From: an uncultured Phycisphaeraceae bacterium
GTDB taxonomy: Bacteria; Planctomycetota; Phycisphaerae; Phycisphaerales; UBA1924
DNA: 64,000 bases
Direction: 5' to 3'
Assembly (NCBI GenBank): GCA_964640595.1
Contig: CAZXGL010000019.1
Location: forward strand, 5,075 to 69,074
Shown: positions 48,401-56,942 of the stretch, in pieces
Layout of the letters: each line of letters opens with the position of its first letter
Position numbering within the stretch: the first letter of the stretch is position 1
Notes under the pieces: generated by a model
Databases searched by the model: none
What the model was told of the DNA's origin: nothing
Seen by the model: the letters and a program-made list of their open reading frames with translations, nothing else
Translations under genes and position numbers: made by a program

Positions 48401-51296
48401 CAACCGAGGCGAGAAGATCCGAGTTCGTCTCGCTTACACTGCCCTGAATGGTAACCTGGGTGGCACCTACAACCGGAATAGGCCTGCCATCAACGGCGGT
48501 GAAGTAATCCGGGTCCCCACCCGCGCCAACGGAAGCATCAGTATACACATAGAACGACGCGACCTCCGTGATAACCGGCATGGCATCAACGCCAAACACA
48601 TTGACTGCCTGCCGTTGCGCGGGCATGGGCGGATTCTGGGTGGTAGGCGCAAGAACCCACTGGTTCTCGTCGCGACGATTTGCTTCATAAGAATTATCAG
48701 AATCCTGGGCATCAACATCGAATCGTGTCTTTCCGCCAACCAAACCTGGATAGAAGATCGCCAAACGATTCTGAGCAATGAACGGATCAAAATCCCTCCG
48801 TCCACTCTCATCTCGGAGATTTTGGCGAAGCGTTCGGTAATCGTTGGAGTCGCCAAACTGGTTGCTGAGAACGAGTGTGGCGACGGTGGGTCTGGGATCG
48901 TCGCTATATCTGGTCTTCATGTTGACCGCTGAGTGGGCCGCGATGCGCAGAGCCAGTTCCGGGCCGCGGTGGGCGTAGAAGAGCGTGGCATAGGGCGAGT
49001 CGCGGACGGCGGTCAGGTCGGAACGCCAGATCTGGTTCAGAATACCGGCGTTGGGGCCGTCCTGGGGGCCTTGCCGCTTGAAGCGGTACGCTTCCAACTC
49101 ACCCGCCAGGGCGCTGTAGAACACTTTGAACGCATCGTTGGCGCTCTCGCTGACCTGCTTCAAAGTGACGGCAGCCTCTGCGATCGTCAAGGGCTGAACG
49201 CTTGCGGGAAGGGGATCCGCCGATGCGCCGCCGGGGGAACGGACGGCGGGACCGGCAACGGATTTGGGCACGAGGGGAACCGCCCCGCTCAGGGGGGTAA
49301 GAACCGTTCGGGGTGACAGTTCGGCCAGGGCCAGCGTCTGCTGGGCGATACGGCCGTCGATGATGCGCGGGCGGTTGGGGTTGGCATCGGTTCGAATGTG
49401 AGCGTGGCGGTCACGATCGATCGTGAGCGGACGGGTGCTCATCAGCGGGGAATAACGCTCCTGACCCTCGCCGGAGTCGTAGCGACCGAGGGCGTTGTGC
49501 TCGAGGCGGCTGGTGACATCGGGGTCGTTCAGGCCGTGGTAGGTGAGCAGTTCGGCGAGGTCATCGATGCCGTAGAGGCCGAACGGGCGGTCGTCAATGT
49601 CTCGGAAGTACGCCGACTCAAGACCGCCATCCGCGCTGTCGTCGTACGCGCCGAGTGTGCTGAAGCCAAGGCGGGTCGGGTCAGCCCGACCGATTCTCAA
49701 ATAGGATTCAGCCCGCCCGCCCGCATAAAAATCAAACTGACTCGTCGGATCCTCTCTCTGTCGTTGGAGTTGGCTGCCCTCGTAGAGCAAGTATGGCTCT
49801 TCGTTCGGGGGGAACTGCGTGCGGGCACCCGCGAAGGCTTGCGAAAGCGTCGTGTGCTGCTCCATGCCGCGGCGGATGCCGGCCGCCGCATAACGGCCGA
49901 CAAGCATGGCGTTGGAATCCGGGTCGAGCAGACGCGGGGAGTTGCCGTCCGAGATATGGGAGTAGTTGGTGTAATCGCCCTCAGCACGAAGTTGCTGATT
50001 GTTGCCGGTGCCCTGGATGCGTCCTGGTTCCCACAGGCTGGCAAATGACAGGGGTTGACGCGGGATCACGAAGTCGATCGAGTCGTACTCCTCCGCGATG
50101 TCCTGCATGCTGAGCAGGCGGCGCAGGTCGATCTCCGCGGGGGTCAGGCCCAGAGGATATCTCTGTGTCGGAGGTGTGACACCCTCAATGGCCGTGTTGA
50201 CATTCACCATCGAGGAGAGGTCGATGATGCGGGCGGCTGCAAAGACGCGGTACTCGCTGTCGTCGTAGAACCGTTCGATGTCGTTGCGCTGGCCGCTGGT
50301 GGGCGAAGGGGTGCGGGCGGCGGTCAGCTCGAACCAGCGCGAGTCATACATGCCGTCGCCATCGGCATCGGCCCACTGGTAAGGGGCGAAGTCCGGGTCG
50401 TTCAGCAGCAGATTGGGCTGGGATCCGGCGACCTGTCTGTTGCGGTTATAGATGACGAATGAAGGGTCGGAGGGCAGGAAAGCGAATCGCTGGAACATGG
50501 TGAACACGGCGGGGGTGTTCAGGTAGTCCTGCGGGTTCATGAAAACAGGCTGGGTCTCGTTGTAGCCTGGAATCCATGTGCCGCCGAGCGTCATCGGGGA
50601 GATGGACTGGACGGGCGAGTCCGCCCGGTTGGGGTTGAGCAGTTGGAAGATGGTGAGATTTTCACTCATGCGGCCACTGCCCACGCCGGGCTGGGCGCGG
50701 AAGTTGCCGCGGAGATTGACGAGGTTGACGAAGCGGCCGTCGGGCGCGATGTTGGTGATCTGGTACCAGTCGCGGTTGTCCAAGTAGGCGCGGGTCTGGT
50801 CACCCTGGGTCAGAATCCGCAGGGTCGGGTGACCCAGGTAGGTCGGGCGGGTGGTTGCCAGCCAGGAATCGGACGCGACGCGGGGATCATCGGTATTGGT
50901 GTTGCGCGGGAAGGGAAACTGATTGTGGCCGGCGGGATTGAAACGACGCCAGAGTTCGTTGGTCTCCGAACGCTGAGTCCAGTCCGTCCACGGAGCATCG
51001 GTGGTGATGCGACGGGGAATTTGGTACTGGCGTTCCGCGTCAACGGGCTGCAGAAGAGCATCAAGCCTGTTGATGGCGATCGTACGGGCTATGTGCTCTT
51101 TGTGCGCGTCGGTGATTTCCGCCAGATTGGCGCGTTCACGCACCGTCGATGCGGAACGGCGGTCATTCTGGCCCACCGCGATATAGATGGCGGCGAACAC
51201 GGAGATGAGTGCCAGCGTGCCGATGACGATGATGAGGGCCGAGCCCGGGCGCGTGGCGCTGGTCAGACCGTTCCGAGTTGCTGCCGAGGACCGCAT
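45483..51296 (-). CDS. giant (1,937 aa) GspK/PilX-like terminal pseudopilin with a very large inserted region
   Basis: ATG 51296 with AGGGAG RBS 6 nt upstream. N-terminus RPGSALIIVIGTLALISVFAAIYIAV (GspK type). C-terminal VNVQTAPLKVLRLLPGLSP is the GspK helix-hairpin-helix-like signature. DxDxDG loops: DADGDGMYD and DHDNDGLIDGGD. A continuous GC3-biased ORF. Confidence 0.75.
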   Translation of the reverse strand: MRSSAATRNGLTSATRPGSALIIVIGTLALISVFAAIYIAVGQNDRRSASTVRERANLAEITDAHKEHIARTIAINRLDALLQPVDAERQYQIPRRITTDAPWTDWTQRSETNELWRRFNPAGHNQFPFPRNTNTDDPRVASDSWLATTRPTYLGHPTLRILTQGDQTRAYLDNRDWYQITNIAPDGRFVNLVNLRGNFRAQPGVGSGRMSENLTIFQLLNPNRADSPVQSISPMTLGGTWIPGYNETQPVFMNPQDYLNTPAVFTMFQRFAFLPSDPSFVIYNRNRQVAGSQPNLLLNDPDFAPYQWADADGDGMYDSRWFELTAARTPSPTSGQRNDIERFYDDSEYRVFAAARIIDLSSMVNVNTAIEGVTPPTQRYPLGLTPAEIDLRRLLSMQDIAEEYDSIDFVIPRQPLSFASLWEPGRIQGTGNNQQLRAEGDYTNYSHISDGNSPRLLDPDSNAMLVGRYAAAGIRRGMEQHTTLSQAFAGARTQFPPNEEPYLLYEGSQLQRQREDPTSQFDFYAGGRAESYLRIGRADPTRLGFSTLGAYDDSADGGLESAYFRDIDDRPFGLYGIDDLAELLTYHGLNDPDVTSRLEHNALGRYDSGEGQERYSPLMSTRPLTIDRDRHAHIRTDANPNRPRIIDGRIAQQTLALAELSPRTVLTPLSGAVPLVPKSVAGPAVRSPGGASADPLPASVQPLTIAEAAVTLKQVSESANDAFKVFYSALAGELEAYRFKRQGPQDGPNAGILNQIWRSDLTAVRDSPYATLFYAHRGPELALRIAAHSAVNMKTRYSDDPRPTVATLVLSNQFGDSNDYRTLRQNLRDESGRRDFDPFIAQNRLAIFYPGLVGGKTRFDVDAQDSDNSYEANRRDENQWVLAPTTQNPPMPAQRQAVNVFGVDAMPVITEVASFYVYTDASVGAGGDPDYFTAVDGRPIPVVGATQVTIQGSVSETNSDLLASVVAFQIHNPWDVAISLGGRAEDVGPRDIMWRVGDNGNHFNHNNNLQFDYYIEYNGRYFKLGEFWEYTPSADSADGFGPDEVTQINEAGGNSSLIPNPGERLDRTYEEFQYRNIILAPGQTRVFYAMSHARFEGHDVNDPTGLEFKWNRVATSYGDPLPTQFTDPSNDHDNDGLIDGGDSKGWTGLAQEWIENQLSVMGDGPGVRIHAFDPTSGRLVDPRTGDADTNPQFADIIGTPGTLSTVTGRDPQPNQVRLWRKFTLVDEQQPQSGNYEEATDFSLQTHPRGSRRNIVQNDILVDRLFLGDQSSGTSYLDVALDGSGDGRITGTVSFQENFNNSRDDCSPRNDNAGLSVMRWATVRRRDHLAADGENINNPGVIYPWMIQSRTQPDLTWIRKTNKAGHPGAIEQAFDDQLDISLFFEVCTEGADPSYTTTTVRRRRTNQDRYDLAYHPMNLINRGLGSAATYRVVPSIAKSPFQKSDNRQDATVGDRFERIGLGSNHVFHTLQSDNLNPEIVLGSNANASRIGDALMSMGIGPTWAPDITRDPTSAELEDSEWMTLTEAFAMAFGYESNAPFSSEPEAANHVWFDAVRQTPGAGPTRPNEYVLDNLHLRLDDYVPFLNVIRPTNETGSTGRPVFTSDQSLAGDFRRGAGVPLALTVIDQLRPFDVLALPGDATLPPDKKDLLPLTRPVMGLVNVQTAPLKVLRLLPGLSPSAQPYRASESSGTLAPEWWAAQSGIANASELNVAQLQPSTIADNPDAAAGIAAYRDRMVATPRARSFDPAQPLSYLPPQGNTFQLATNLRSEQSGTAVERATISGIPGLRGSPMFASLGELLAVSIDERDTSLSPAQRRHLTIQAYYGDGRNLGASGSSDTDRVGIDPKLTSGQPGVTEDDYAERLALAAGIMNTTSVRSDYFAAWFVIQGFRESDVNGLRPEDPLVPSFKRRYLMVIDRSNVIEPTDAPRIVLFKELPL

Positions 51297-51465
51297 CGAT
51301 CGCTCCCTTGTGCCCCGATTCCACGGGGTTGATTGCACCGTTCCATCCAAAGCCCTTGACCGACCATCCGCCGCGCGGTGCCGCGGTGGAGGTGTATGCC
51401 GGTCCGTCCCCGTCTCGTATCCGATCACCCGCGTGTGCTGGCTGTGCCGTTCGTTCCTTCGTTTC

Positions 51466-53316
51466 TCATGACTGGTCACCCGGGACCGCGAAGACGAACT
51501 GGTAAGTCCGCTCCAGCGTGGGGTCGTTCGGGTCGGCCAGGGACATGGTGATCCGGATGAACTTGGGCCAGGGGATGTATGTCTGGGTGCTGGCCAGGCC
51601 GAAGACCGCAACCTCCGGGGCGGTCAGTTCGGAAAGGCCCGGTCCGGCGGGGACCACCTGGTCACGAATCGGATCGTTGGGGCGGGGCGGGTTGGGGCTG
51701 TTAGGTGGGTTAGGTCGTGGGTCGTAACGCAGTGCGACACTCTCGTCAAGATCCCCGTTCACAGTGGCGTGATCGTCAAGATCGATTCGTCCGTCGCCGT
51801 TCCAGTCCCGATCGGCACGCGGCAAGCCATACCAAAGCACCTGCTTGTAGTGTGGCTCATTCTGGCCGACACCCTCATTCAAGAACCCGTATGACCACTC
51901 GACGATGAACTCTGAGCAGCGCGGCACGAAGACTTGTGAACCAAGCATCTCCTGATTGGCTTCGGAGATGGAACGGGCCAAACGCCCGGGATTGTTGTCC
52001 GTGAAGCGGCCCGGCTCGAAGATCAGGCGGGTGGGCAGGTCTTCGTAACGGACACCAGAGAGATAACGAGGCGGATTCTCCTCTCCGGCCCAGAGGCTGG
52101 GGAGCATGTCGAGCGCCCAGGCACGGATATGCGGTTGGTGCGTATCGAGGTTCAGGCTGCCTGCACTCCGCGGGTTGGGGGTGCCGCCAGGGCTTGACCA
52201 AGCCACACGGAAACCATCGGCGGACTGGTTGTTGCGAGCCGGACGGGGAGCGGTGGGGTTGAGCGATGCGGGCGCGTAATACTCGCTCGGAAAGATACCC
52301 GCCCCGGCGAGGGCTTCGAGCTCGCGGCGGACACCGAGGATGGAACCTTGGGCGATGTCCACCACGCCGCTGGCACGCCACGCGGGAAGGGAGCGGTCAG
52401 TGGGCGATTGGCCGCCACCAAAGTTGGCGGTGTCGCCGATCCACCAGCGACTGAGACCATCTGCTGGCGTCGTGCCGGGTGGCCCGGATGTCATGGTGGG
52501 GTCGGTCCACGAGAGGCTATTGAAGATGGAACGGGCCGCGGGCTGCATGGCGATCTGACGCGCGGAATCGAGCATCAGGGTGCGGTCCTGGAGTCGCTGG
52601 CGTTGGAGACCGTAAAACTCGTTGGGGATGGCCGAGACCGATTGGGGCTCGGCAAGCAGGGTGATCTGGCGGAGCAACGACCAGTCCTGGGCGTAGCGAT
52701 TGGGATTGGGCAGAGCACCGACCGGCTCCGGGCGGCCAAGCAGGGCGCGATGGGCCGCCTGCCAGCCCTGCCCAGGGCGGGCGGGCAGCAGGTTCGGGTC
52801 GCGTGGACTGGGGTTGAAGTAAAAGTTGCTGGGGTTGTCCACATTCGAGAAGTCGATGGGTCGCTTCTGCCCGATGCCCAAGTAGATGGCGGCCTCACCC
52901 GAGGTGGCCACCATGCCGGGAGCAAGGGTGGGCCGCTGAGTCTGGAACGGGCCACGAGCGAAGAACATGAGTTCATCGACGCGGCGGGCGCGGCCGGTGC
53001 GGTCCTGTGGAGACAGGCGGACACCGTTGTTAGTTGTATCCGTGGAAAACACGGTACCCTGTTCGTCCGCCGCGTAGCGGTTGGCGATGACGAGGAAGCC
53101 GTCGCGTGAGAGACGGGAGAGATCTTCACGGATCTGCTGCTCGATCCGCGCGGCGGCGCGGTTGATCTCGCTGACACGCCGCCCCTCGCTGACCGCATCG
53201 CCGACGGACCCGAAGATCACGGACAGTCCGGTGGCGATGATGGCCACAATGGCGATCGCCACGAGCAGCTCGACGATCGTGAAGGCGCGGCGCGGGATGT
53301 GGGTGCCGATCCGCAC
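51466..53316 (-). CDS. large (616 aa) PilW/GspJ-like minor pseudopilin
   Basis: N-terminus RRAFTIVELLVAIAIVAIIATGLSVIF. C-terminal DRDWNGDGRIDLDD loop. Confidence 0.75.
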   Translation of the reverse strand: MRIGTHIPRRAFTIVELLVAIAIVAIIATGLSVIFGSVGDAVSEGRRVSEINRAAARIEQQIREDLSRLSRDGFLVIANRYAADEQGTVFSTDTTNNGVRLSPQDRTGRARRVDELMFFARGPFQTQRPTLAPGMVATSGEAAIYLGIGQKRPIDFSNVDNPSNFYFNPSPRDPNLLPARPGQGWQAAHRALLGRPEPVGALPNPNRYAQDWSLLRQITLLAEPQSVSAIPNEFYGLQRQRLQDRTLMLDSARQIAMQPAARSIFNSLSWTDPTMTSGPPGTTPADGLSRWWIGDTANFGGGQSPTDRSLPAWRASGVVDIAQGSILGVRRELEALAGAGIFPSEYYAPASLNPTAPRPARNNQSADGFRVAWSSPGGTPNPRSAGSLNLDTHQPHIRAWALDMLPSLWAGEENPPRYLSGVRYEDLPTRLIFEPGRFTDNNPGRLARSISEANQEMLGSQVFVPRCSEFIVEWSYGFLNEGVGQNEPHYKQVLWYGLPRADRDWNGDGRIDLDDHATVNGDLDESVALRYDPRPNPPNSPNPPRPNDPIRDQVVPAGPGLSELTAPEVAVFGLASTQTYIPWPKFIRITMSLADPNDPTLERTYQFVFAVPGDQS

Positions 53317-53319
53317 GGG

Positions 53320-54468
53320 TTACTCCTGTGGCCTGTCCAGCGTGAAGACGCGGACCGCGACGGGGGGCTGGGGGGTGAAGATGATCTGGAGGTTCTGCCG
53401 AGGCAGGTCCTGGCTTCGAGAGAAAGGGGGATCAACGATGATGGCCCGTGCGGCGTTGTCCGTGTTCTGGCCGCGAACCGCCGTAGGCGTCCCAACGACC
53501 CGACGAACGACCCCGAGGCTGTCCACGAAAGTCTGGCCCGGACGACGCAGGAACTCGATTGAAGTATTGAAGTTCTGGTTGTTGACATCCACACCCAGCA
53601 TCAACCAGGAAGGATCGGTATTGCGATCCACATAGGCGGGCAGGGACATGATCTCCGGATATGCGAGCGAGTTCGATGCACCATCGTCCGTCGTCAGACG
53701 ACCGGTGTCGACTGCGATCGCCAGAGGCAGAATGGGACGCGAACGGTTGCGCCCAAGGAACGCGTCGCCGAGCGTCTCATTGGCATTTAGTCGAATGCGA
53801 TCGTCGATGCGGCGGACGAAGATGGCAACCTGAACCTTGCCCTCGGGCGTGCGCCGGAACACCGGATCCCAGACGAACTGGGGCGGGGAACCGGAAGTGG
53901 GCAATGGGTACACACGGGCCGCGACGGGTAGTTCGAAACGTTTGACCTGGTTGAGCGTGTTCAGCGTCCAGCGCCCGTTGTTGAGGTATCCCGGGCGAAT
54001 GTGTTCAAGATTCTCGCCACCAGTCCCCAAGGCAGCGGCACCGGAGACCATCCAGTTCGTGGTATACGCGGGGTTGGTCGGGCTGACCGGTCGAGCACTG
54101 TCGCCCGGTCCCGGCGGACGCGGATCGCCAACCCCGAAAAGCCAGTAGCCGTACTGAGGATCGCGTGCCCACAGCCCGAACTTTTCAACTGCCGCACGGG
54201 CGTTGCGCGGGGTGTTGGAGATCGAACGGTCAAGCCCGAAGCGAAAAGCTTCGGAGTTGGTTCGCATCTGCTCCTGCACCGCCGCCGCCAGCGATTCACC
54301 GGAGATCGAATCAAACGAGCGGCGCTGCTCGGCAATGACGGCCGGGAACACGGCACCCAGACCCAGCAGGCCCAATGCAAGAACGAGAATCGCGATGAGC
54401 ACTTCGATCAGAGAGAACGCCCGGGGGGGCGGGTTGGCACACTGGAGGGAGGGGGTGTGGGGAATCAT
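53320..54468 (-). CDS. large (382 aa) PilV/GspI-like minor pseudopilin
   Basis: N-terminus PRAFSLIEVLIAILVLALGLLGLGAVFP (PilV signature). ATGA overlap with the upstream gene. Confidence 0.75.
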   Translation of the reverse strand: MIPHTPSLQCANPPPRAFSLIEVLIAILVLALGLLGLGAVFPAVIAEQRRSFDSISGESLAAAVQEQMRTNSEAFRFGLDRSISNTPRNARAAVEKFGLWARDPQYGYWLFGVGDPRPPGPGDSARPVSPTNPAYTTNWMVSGAAALGTGGENLEHIRPGYLNNGRWTLNTLNQVKRFELPVAARVYPLPTSGSPPQFVWDPVFRRTPEGKVQVAIFVRRIDDRIRLNANETLGDAFLGRNRSRPILPLAIAVDTGRLTTDDGASNSLAYPEIMSLPAYVDRNTDPSWLMLGVDVNNQNFNTSIEFLRRPGQTFVDSLGVVRRVVGTPTAVRGQNTDNAARAIIVDPPFSRSQDLPRQNLQIIFTPQPPVAVRVFTLDRPQE

Positions 54469-55733
54469 CGCAGCACCTCCGTCAGATCGCCCGTGGCGGG
54501 CCGGACCAGATAAATCCGTGCCTGCGGCTGGTCCTCGTCGTCGATCACACCATCGTTGTTGGTATCCCCGTCAAGCCAACGGTTGATGCGCTGGCGGAGT
54601 GCATCCATATTGATCGCGTTGGTGAAAAGATCCGGATCGATCTCATTACCAACCTGGTTCGAACCTCGCACGACCGGGCGGTACAGGCTGTTCGTCGTTG
54701 CGTTGAGCCGGCGGGCACCCAGGTCCCGGGCCATCACCCGTTCGTCGTAGACGGCGATGCGCGTCACGGGCTTGACCAATACGGTGTCATTGGAGGACAT
54801 GCCGATGAAGGAAAGCCGCGTGTCGTCCGAGGCCTCCGTCAGCGGCGGACGCACGCGATCTCCGTTCGCATTGATGGGGGGCGACGCGATCATGCCGCGT
54901 GCCCAATCACCCAGGTTCTCGGCGCGATCCGGACGCAGCCATCGCTGAGTGGCCACCGGGCGGGCTCCGCCCGGCCGATTGACCGTGCTGGGACGCGGGT
55001 CGATGAACAACGCGGGGCTGCGGTCGCTGCTGATCGCGCCGGTGGCCGAATCAAAGCGGATCATGAACGACTGACGGGCCGTTCTGGCATTGGGGCCGGA
55101 CCCAGCCGCGGGCTGGTCGATGTCGTAAAACGCGGTTTCCGGGAAGACCCAGTTGCCCTCAAGCTTGGCACGCTCGGTGACAGTGGTTCCGCCGTACATC
55201 GCCGAGTTGTACCAGATCGCCAGATCCTCACGCGGGCGCTGGCCGGGCACATACTCCAACATGGAGTTGGCCGGCGCATAGCCACGGACATTCCAATAGG
55301 CGGGCATCTGGAAAGCAACGGCCTGCGGGACCGGAGCAAACACATCGCGCCGGACGCGAGGCATGCCTCCGACAGAGGTTGGACCACTGCTGGGGCCACC
55401 GGCACCAAACACCGGTTCGAGCAGCGTCCCGACACGCACCGCCGGGATGATCCGCATCGTTCCATCGCGGTCGTAAATGAAGACCACAGCGCCGTCGTCA
55501 CCGCTTGCCGAGCGCAGGGCCAACTCCCGCGCGGCCAGCACCGCCGCATTGACCGTGTTGGCCGATTCCGATCGGGCCGCGGAGTACAGCATGGACTGGA
55601 AAGCGGGCGTGGCCACGGTCAGCACGATCAGGATGATGACCACGACGACCAGCAGCTCCACCACGGTGAAGGCGCGGGCACAGAGCCGCGAACCTGCGGG
55701 GCGATGCACTGAATGGATGGTTTGAATCGACAT
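54465..55733 (-). CDS. large (422 aa) GspH/FimU-like minor pseudopilin
   Basis: ATG 55733 forms a TGATG overlap with the upstream stop. N-terminus ARAFTVVELLVVVVIILIVLTVATPAFQS. C-terminal DGDTNNDGVIDDED loop. Confidence 0.7.
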   Translation of the reverse strand: MSIQTIHSVHRPAGSRLCARAFTVVELLVVVVIILIVLTVATPAFQSMLYSAARSESANTVNAAVLAARELALRSASGDDGAVVFIYDRDGTMRIIPAVRVGTLLEPVFGAGGPSSGPTSVGGMPRVRRDVFAPVPQAVAFQMPAYWNVRGYAPANSMLEYVPGQRPREDLAIWYNSAMYGGTTVTERAKLEGNWVFPETAFYDIDQPAAGSGPNARTARQSFMIRFDSATGAISSDRSPALFIDPRPSTVNRPGGARPVATQRWLRPDRAENLGDWARGMIASPPINANGDRVRPPLTEASDDTRLSFIGMSSNDTVLVKPVTRIAVYDERVMARDLGARRLNATTNSLYRPVVRGSNQVGNEIDPDLFTNAINMDALRQRINRWLDGDTNNDGVIDDEDQPQARIYLVRPATGDLTEVLR

Positions 55734-56899
55734 CAGTTCCCCAGCCCCACAATGTTGTCTTCCCACGCCATTTTGCGCAGGCGGATGATGTCCGCCTCGG
55801 TTGTCGCGGCCTGCCCGAGCACCTGAGCAATGTGCTCGATCGACTCCGTGCCGAAGAGTCCGTTCGGACCGGCGCTGACGATGGCATAGCGGGCCGAACG
55901 GAGTTCGACGCTGCCGGCGGTCAGGTCGATGTCCCGCGCGTCCGCACTGCCGTCGGCATTCCGGACACGGGCGTAGACCTCGGGATTGATAAGCACGGGG
56001 GGGATGTTCAGGTCCAGGCTGTTCTGGACCACCAGACGCCCATTCACCAGACGGCCCGGCTCCCAACGGTAATAGCGGAACGCGCGTCCCCACGGATCGA
56101 CGAAGGCCGCGTGCGAATCAGGCACCGTGTCCGCGGCGGGCATCGTGGCGTTGTGCTCCGCATAGTCGGCGCGGTGCTGATACCCGGTCACGAGACGCAA
56201 GGACTGACGATTGGTATCGATCACCGGCTCATAGCGGTCACGGGGGGTTCCCACCCGGGCCGCACGGAGCAGCACGCCCTCAAACTGGCCGTTGAAGAGC
56301 GGACGGGACATGCCCGGCCCCTCGACGCCGTCCACCGCACGCCCGCCGATGCCGCTGAGGTAATAGGGCAGCGAGAACTTGCTGTAGCGACGATCCTCCC
56401 ACGCGGACGCGATGTTCCAGGCCGTGCCAGCAGGCAGGCGGACCGCATCCGTCCCGGGACCAACGCGGCGGCGGATGAAGTTGCCGTAGCTGTTGTAGCT
56501 ATTGATGGTGCCGTCCGACTCGGACCACACCGCGAGCTGATCGACCGACAACCCCCCCACACTCCGACGCACCACGGGCCAACCCGCCTGCGAGCCAACC
56601 GCGGGAAGCCCCTCCGGCGCGTATCCGTCGGAGGCCATGGCCTGTCCATCATGGATCAGCGGCGGCAGGAAACCAAACTCGGCCTTGAACTGATCGACCC
56701 CCGTGACCAGCGCCCCCACCGCCCGCTCGCCCACCGAGGCGCGGGCCTTGCCCACGCTGCGGGCCAAACCCGCGAGCAGCAAACCTGCGATGACCAGGAT
56801 CACCGCGAGCACAACCAGCAGCTCGATCAGCGTGAAACCCGTCCGGGTCGCGGGGCGGTTCCGAGTTGTCTGAGCGGCTGATTGCACGCCGTCATCCAT
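55733..56899 (-). CDS. large (388 aa) GspG-like (major?) pseudopilin
   Basis: RTGFTLIELLVVLAVILVIAGLLLAGLARSVGKAR...VDQFKAEFGFLPP is GspG-like at the N-terminus. I use ATG 56899; the track start at 56938 is TTG. Confidence 0.7.
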   Translation of the reverse strand: MDDGVQSAAQTTRNRPATRTGFTLIELLVVLAVILVIAGLLLAGLARSVGKARASVGERAVGALVTGVDQFKAEFGFLPPLIHDGQAMASDGYAPEGLPAVGSQAGWPVVRRSVGGLSVDQLAVWSESDGTINSYNSYGNFIRRRVGPGTDAVRLPAGTAWNIASAWEDRRYSKFSLPYYLSGIGGRAVDGVEGPGMSRPLFNGQFEGVLLRAARVGTPRDRYEPVIDTNRQSLRLVTGYQHRADYAEHNATMPAADTVPDSHAAFVDPWGRAFRYYRWEPGRLVNGRLVVQNSLDLNIPPVLINPEVYARVRNADGSADARDIDLTAGSVELRSARYAIVSAGPNGLFGTESIEHIAQVLGQAATTEADIIRLRKMAWEDNIVGLGN

Positions 56900-56942
56900 C
56901 CTTTCAGATTCGCTTGTGCAGTGGGAAAGACAACACAAGGAA

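Noticed and set aside
47559-48932. 457-aa plus-strand ORF inside the giant gene; others at 49398-50048 and 50643-51332
   Set aside because: They are antisense to one continuous 5.8-kb minus-strand ORF with coding-type codon bias. No motifs.
51297-51611. Upstream extension of the giant ORF overlapping the 3' end of the PilW-like gene
   Set aside because: The extension is Arg/Ser/Pro/Thr-rich. ATG 51296 has a well-spaced AGGGAG RBS and is immediately followed by the GspK-type hydrophobic helix. GTG starts in between cannot be fully excluded.
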